Of a stretch of DNA of 48,900 bases, positions 45,182 to 48,900 are shown piece after piece. Each line of letters starts with the position of its first letter. Positions within the stretch are counted from its first letter, which is position 1. This stretch comes from Flavobacterium sp. GTDB lineage: Bacteria; Bacteroidota; Bacteroidia; Flavobacteriales; Flavobacteriaceae. A model generated the notes under the pieces. That model ran no database searches and had not been told where the DNA came from. It saw nothing but the letters and a program-made list of their open reading frames with translations. Where the stretch lies: the NCBI RefSeq assembly GCF_044376915.1, contig NZ_JBILKB010000001.1, positions 1-48,900 of the forward strand. The letters are read 5' to 3'. The translations under genes were made by a program, and so were the position numbers.

Positions 45182-47308
45182 ATGAACCACATCCAATTCA
45201 TACAAAACCAAACCAATATTGCTGTAAAAAGCATTGAAGCCACGATTCAATTACTTTCAGAAGATTGTACGATTCCGTTTATTTCGCGGTATCGAAAAGA
45301 CCAAACCGGCAATTTAGATGAGGTTCAAATCGAAGCAATTTCAAAATTAAACAAGCAATTTGAGGAAATCGTTAAGCGAAAAGAAAGTATTTTAAAAGCG
45401 ATTGAAGAGCAAAACGCCCTTTCGCCCGAATTGAAATCCAAAATTGAAAACAGTTTTGATTTGCAAGAATTGGAAGATTTGTATTTGCCGTATAAGAAGA
45501 AGAAAAAAACAAAAGCCGATGTAGCTCGTGAAAACGGATTAGAGCCTTTAGCAAAAATAATAATGTCTCAAAAAAATGATGATCTTGAGTTTTTGGCATC
45601 GAAATACTTGAATGCAAACGTAAAAAACGAAGACGAAGCGTTACAAGGCGCTCGCGATATTATTGCCGAATGGATTAATGAAACTATCTTTATTCGTAAA
45701 AATTTACGCCGCTTGTTCCAACGAAAAGCGATGATTTCCACAAAAGTAGTTAAGACGAAAAAAGACGACGAAGCGGCTCAAAAATTCAAGCAATATTTTG
45801 ATTGGGAAGAATCCCTTTCAAAAGCACCTTCTCACCGATTATTAGCCATGTTGCGTGCCGAAGCAGAAGGTTTCGTGAAATTAAATGTTACCATCGAAAA
45901 AGAAGAAGCAATCGATTTCATGATTGAAAACACCATAAAAAACAAACAGTCGGAAGCAACGGCACATCTAGAATTGGCCATAAAAGACAGTTATAAACGC
46001 TTGTTAGAACCGGCTATTTCTAACGAAACTATGCAAGAAGCCAAAGCGAAAGCCGACAGCAAAGCGATTGATGTGTTTTCCGAAAATTTACGTCAGTTGT
46101 TGTTGGCGCCCCCTTTAGGTGAAAAACGAATTTTAGCCATCGATCCAGGCTATCGAACGGGTTGTAAAGTGGTTTGTTTGGATGAAAAAGGCGATTTATT
46201 ACACAACGAAACCATTTACCCTCATGCGCCACAAAACGATACGACCATGGCGTTGAAAAAAATTCGTTCTATGGTAAATGCATACAACATTGAAGCCATT
46301 TCTATTGGAAACGGAACCGCTTCGCGCGAAACCGAATTTTTTATTAAGAAAATCGCTTTTGATAGGCCCGTTCAAGTTTTTGTAGTTTCTGAGGCCGGAG
46401 CTTCTGTATATTCCGCAAGTAAAATTGCTCGGGAAGAATTTTCAAATTATGATGTAACGGTTCGGGGCTCGGTATCTATTGGACGCCGCCTTTCCGACCC
46501 CTTAGCCGAATTGGTAAAAATTGACCCAAAATCTATAGGTGTGGGACAATACCAACACGATGTAGACCAAACCAAGTTGCAACAAGCTCTCGATATTACG
46601 GTAATGAGCTGTGTAAACTCTGTGGGCATAAACATCAACACCGCCAGTAAATCGTTGTTGAGTTATGTTTCGGGCATTGGAGAAAAAATAGCAGAAAACA
46701 TTGTTGCCTTTCGTTCAGAAAACGGCCCTTTTGAAGACAGAAAACAATTGAAAAAAGTGCCACGTTTGGGCGAAAAAGCGTACCAACAAGCTGCAGCGTT
46801 TATTCGTATTAAAGACGGTAAAAATCCGTTAGATAATTCGGCAGTACATCCAGAAGCGTATGCAATCGTAGAAAAAATAGCTAAAGATTTAGGTATTAAA
46901 ACGACCGAATTAATTGCCAACAAAGAACAAATAGCCCAAATCCAACCTGAAAATTACAGTACGCCCGAAATAGGAATATTGACATTAAAAGATATTATTA
47001 AAGAGTTGGAAAAACCAGGTTTGGACCCTAGAAAGGCGGCTAAAGTTTTTGAATTTGACCCTAATGTTAAAACCATAAAAGATTTAAGAGCAGGCATGCT
47101 ATTGCCTGGAATTGTAAACAACATCACCGCATTTGGTTGTTTTGTAGATGTAGGAATTAAGGAAAGCGGATTGGTTCATATTTCCCAACTGAAAGAAGGC
47201 TATGTTGCCGATGTAAACGAAGTGGTAAAAATGCACCAACACGTTCAAGTTAAAGTTGTTGAGGTGGACGAAGCGAGAAAACGAATTCAGTTGACGATGA
47301 TCTTTTAA
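45182..47308 (+). CDS. tex: Tex family RNA-binding transcription accessory protein
   Basis: TIPFISRYRK, IDPGYRTGCK, IGNGTASRET, SEAGASVYSAS, IGVGQYQHD, S1 domain. Confidence 0.95.
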   Translation: MNHIQFIQNQTNIAVKSIEATIQLLSEDCTIPFISRYRKDQTGNLDEVQIEAISKLNKQFEEIVKRKESILKAIEEQNALSPELKSKIENSFDLQELEDLYLPYKKKKKTKADVARENGLEPLAKIIMSQKNDDLEFLASKYLNANVKNEDEALQGARDIIAEWINETIFIRKNLRRLFQRKAMISTKVVKTKKDDEAAQKFKQYFDWEESLSKAPSHRLLAMLRAEAEGFVKLNVTIEKEEAIDFMIENTIKNKQSEATAHLELAIKDSYKRLLEPAISNETMQEAKAKADSKAIDVFSENLRQLLLAPPLGEKRILAIDPGYRTGCKVVCLDEKGDLLHNETIYPHAPQNDTTMALKKIRSMVNAYNIEAISIGNGTASRETEFFIKKIAFDRPVQVFVVSEAGASVYSASKIAREEFSNYDVTVRGSVSIGRRLSDPLAELVKIDPKSIGVGQYQHDVDQTKLQQALDITVMSCVNSVGININTASKSLLSYVSGIGEKIAENIVAFRSENGPFEDRKQLKKVPRLGEKAYQQAAAFIRIKDGKNPLDNSAVHPEAYAIVEKIAKDLGIKTTELIANKEQIAQIQPENYSTPEIGILTLKDIIKELEKPGLDPRKAAKVFEFDPNVKTIKDLRAGMLLPGIVNNITAFGCFVDVGIKESGLVHISQLKEGYVADVNEVVKMHQHVQVKVVEVDEARKRIQLTMIF

Positions 47309-48207
47309 TACAAAAAAGTATAACGTAAACCAATTCCAAATGTGGTTTGCGTCTGTTTTTTTGATATTGCAAAAGATTCATCGTCACGACGAAACACTAA
47401 TTTTTTAGCCGAAGCAAATGAGTAATTTACTCCAACAGACCACTTTTTATGTAAAGAATATTCTAATTGAGCTAAATAGCCAATGTAAATAGCATTAGCG
47501 TTAAAAGTTTGCGTTTCATCAAATTGTAGGGGCAAATTTCCACTAGAACCCATAAATTTTGCTTGGTATTTACTGTATGTACCAAAAACACCTACCGAAG
47601 GTGTAAACGTATTTATTTTCCAAAAAAACAAAAGCGGCACTTGTAATTGAAAACCATTTGCATTTATGCTTTCAAACAATTTTGGGCTGCCATCATTTGT
47701 GAAATAATAACCCGATAAATCTGATTCAGAATTAGCTTTACTTTGTGTTCCAACATCTAATAAAAAAGAAGTTTCAAATCCAGTACCAATCGAAAAATTC
47801 GAATTAAATAATTTCTTTTTTACTAACAATCCAAAACTTAAAAAAGGTTGGTTTTTTATTTCAAATTCTTTTAATAAACTAACAGAAGTTATACCAGTGT
47901 TAAGTTTTAAACTATAATCTAAATTTGAGAAAATATTATTTTTGAATTGTTTGATTATTAAAGTGTCTGCAGAAACAATTGTTTTTTGTTTATTTTGAAT
48001 TAGGGTAATGCTTGGTTTGCTTCCTTTTATTCCTTTGTTTAAGATTACTTTATCAACTTTTATTTTAGCTAAAGGTTTTTCAATAAAAACAGTATCTCTA
48101 ATGATTACTTCTTCATAAATATATACTGTGTCAACCTTTTTGTCTTGAGAAAAGCCAAGTTGAAAAAGAAGTAAAAACCAGAAAAAACAATTATTCCTTT
48201 TCCACAT
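47305..48207 (-). CDS. Putative outer-membrane beta-barrel protein
   Basis: ATG at 48207; signal peptide ending GFS-Q; alternating amphipathic strands; C-terminal FGIGLRYTFLY beta-signal-like end. Confidence 0.7.
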   Translation of the reverse strand: MWKRNNCFFWFLLLFQLGFSQDKKVDTVYIYEEVIIRDTVFIEKPLAKIKVDKVILNKGIKGSKPSITLIQNKQKTIVSADTLIIKQFKNNIFSNLDYSLKLNTGITSVSLLKEFEIKNQPFLSFGLLVKKKLFNSNFSIGTGFETSFLLDVGTQSKANSESDLSGYYFTNDGSPKLFESINANGFQLQVPLLFFWKINTFTPSVGVFGTYSKYQAKFMGSSGNLPLQFDETQTFNANAIYIGYLAQLEYSLHKKWSVGVNYSFASAKKLVFRRDDESFAISKKQTQTTFGIGLRYTFLY

Positions 48208-48898
48208 AAACCGTATCTTTTTTAACAATTTGTTTTTTAATTACCACTACTTTTGGCGTTTGAGCATTGGCTGTTGAATCCTTTTTTTCAAACGTATTTA
48301 TATTTAACAACGGCTTATTTTCTTCAATTTCCACCTGCTTTTTTTCCGAAGTTTTCAATTCATTTGATAAATGTATTGAGTCTTTTGTGGTAATAGTATT
48401 TATAATTTTATCTTTTTTAGTTTCTTGTATTATTTTAGGTGTTGAGTTATTATATAAGAAAAATATAATCAATGAAACTAAGCCTGTAAAAAGAATGATA
48501 AATTTTAATATTTTAGTTCGAAAAACAGACGTATTAACCAAAATTAAGTCTAAGTTATCGCATTTTTTATGCGGATTAAAATCATTTTTTGGTGAAATCT
48601 CAAAACCAGAAAAGGTTTTTTTGTAATAATTGGCAAAAAGTTGGTTTCCAAATCCTAAAAATAATAAAAAAGCAATTATTCGTTTTTTCTTTTTCTCTTT
48701 TGAATGGAAAGAAAGTTTTTCAAAAAGAAATTCTTGAATATTTTTTCTTGCTCTTGATAAACTTGATTTAGAAGTTCCAACGGATATATTTAATAGTTTG
48801 CTAATTTCAAGGTGTGAAAAACCATCAATAATATAAAGGTTAAAAACGGATTTATGATTTTCAGAAAGCGAATCAATCGCCTCTAACAAATCTTTGTG
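48191..48898 (-). CDS. ECF-type sigma factor (region 4) with long membrane-anchored C-terminal extension; 5' end outside window
   Basis: Frame open to the window edge. AIDSLSENHKSVFNLYIIDGFSHLEISKLLNISVGTSKSSLSRARKNI is a sigma-70 region 4; about 180 further residues include the TM segment FIILFTGLVSLIIFFLY. Confidence 0.85.
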   Translation of the reverse strand, partial: HKDLLEAIDSLSENHKSVFNLYIIDGFSHLEISKLLNISVGTSKSSLSRARKNIQEFLFEKLSFHSKEKKKKRIIAFLLFLGFGNQLFANYYKKTFSGFEISPKNDFNPHKKCDNLDLILVNTSVFRTKILKFIILFTGLVSLIIFFLYNNSTPKIIQETKKDKIINTITTKDSIHLSNELKTSEKKQVEIEENKPLLNINTFEKKDSTANAQTPKVVVIKKQIVKKDTVYVEKE

Positions 48899-48900
48899 GC

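Noticed and set aside
437-48771. Numerous 60-130 aa ORFs antisense to or nested in long genes
   Set aside because: Shadow ORFs of well-supported genes with no recognisable motifs.

Overview
AT-rich core chromosome of a Bacteroidota bacterium, most likely Flavobacterium-like. The assignment rests on TAnnTTTG promoter elements, absence of Shine-Dalgarno sites and gene content. The window appears to span the replication origin region. It has three parS sites around mnmG/ybeY and a 709-bp non-coding gap between rnr and rpiB carrying many DnaA-box-like 9-mers and a DnaA-trio-like tract; dnaA itself is not in the window. Housekeeping content: hflX (partial), a SUF Fe-S operon (sufA-B-C-D-S, an inserted lipoprotein, sufE, SufT/DUF59, DUF2480), three peptidases, rnpA, mltD, pgk, holB, a Pif1-like helicase, ompH, mnmG, ybeY, gltX, glnS, folB, tRNA-Cys, rnr, rpiB, a CDF transporter and tex. 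No IS element, prophage or CRISPR array was seen. The most unusual items are: an ECF sigma factor (cut by the window edge) fused to a membrane anchor and coupled to a beta-barrel gene; a family of 7/9-mer tandem-repeat palindromes, two of which bracket promoter motifs; a structured suf leader with an operator-like palindrome; and an orphan promoter-to-terminator unit between SPFH and glnS. All calls come from reading the sequence and the ORF track; no searches were run.
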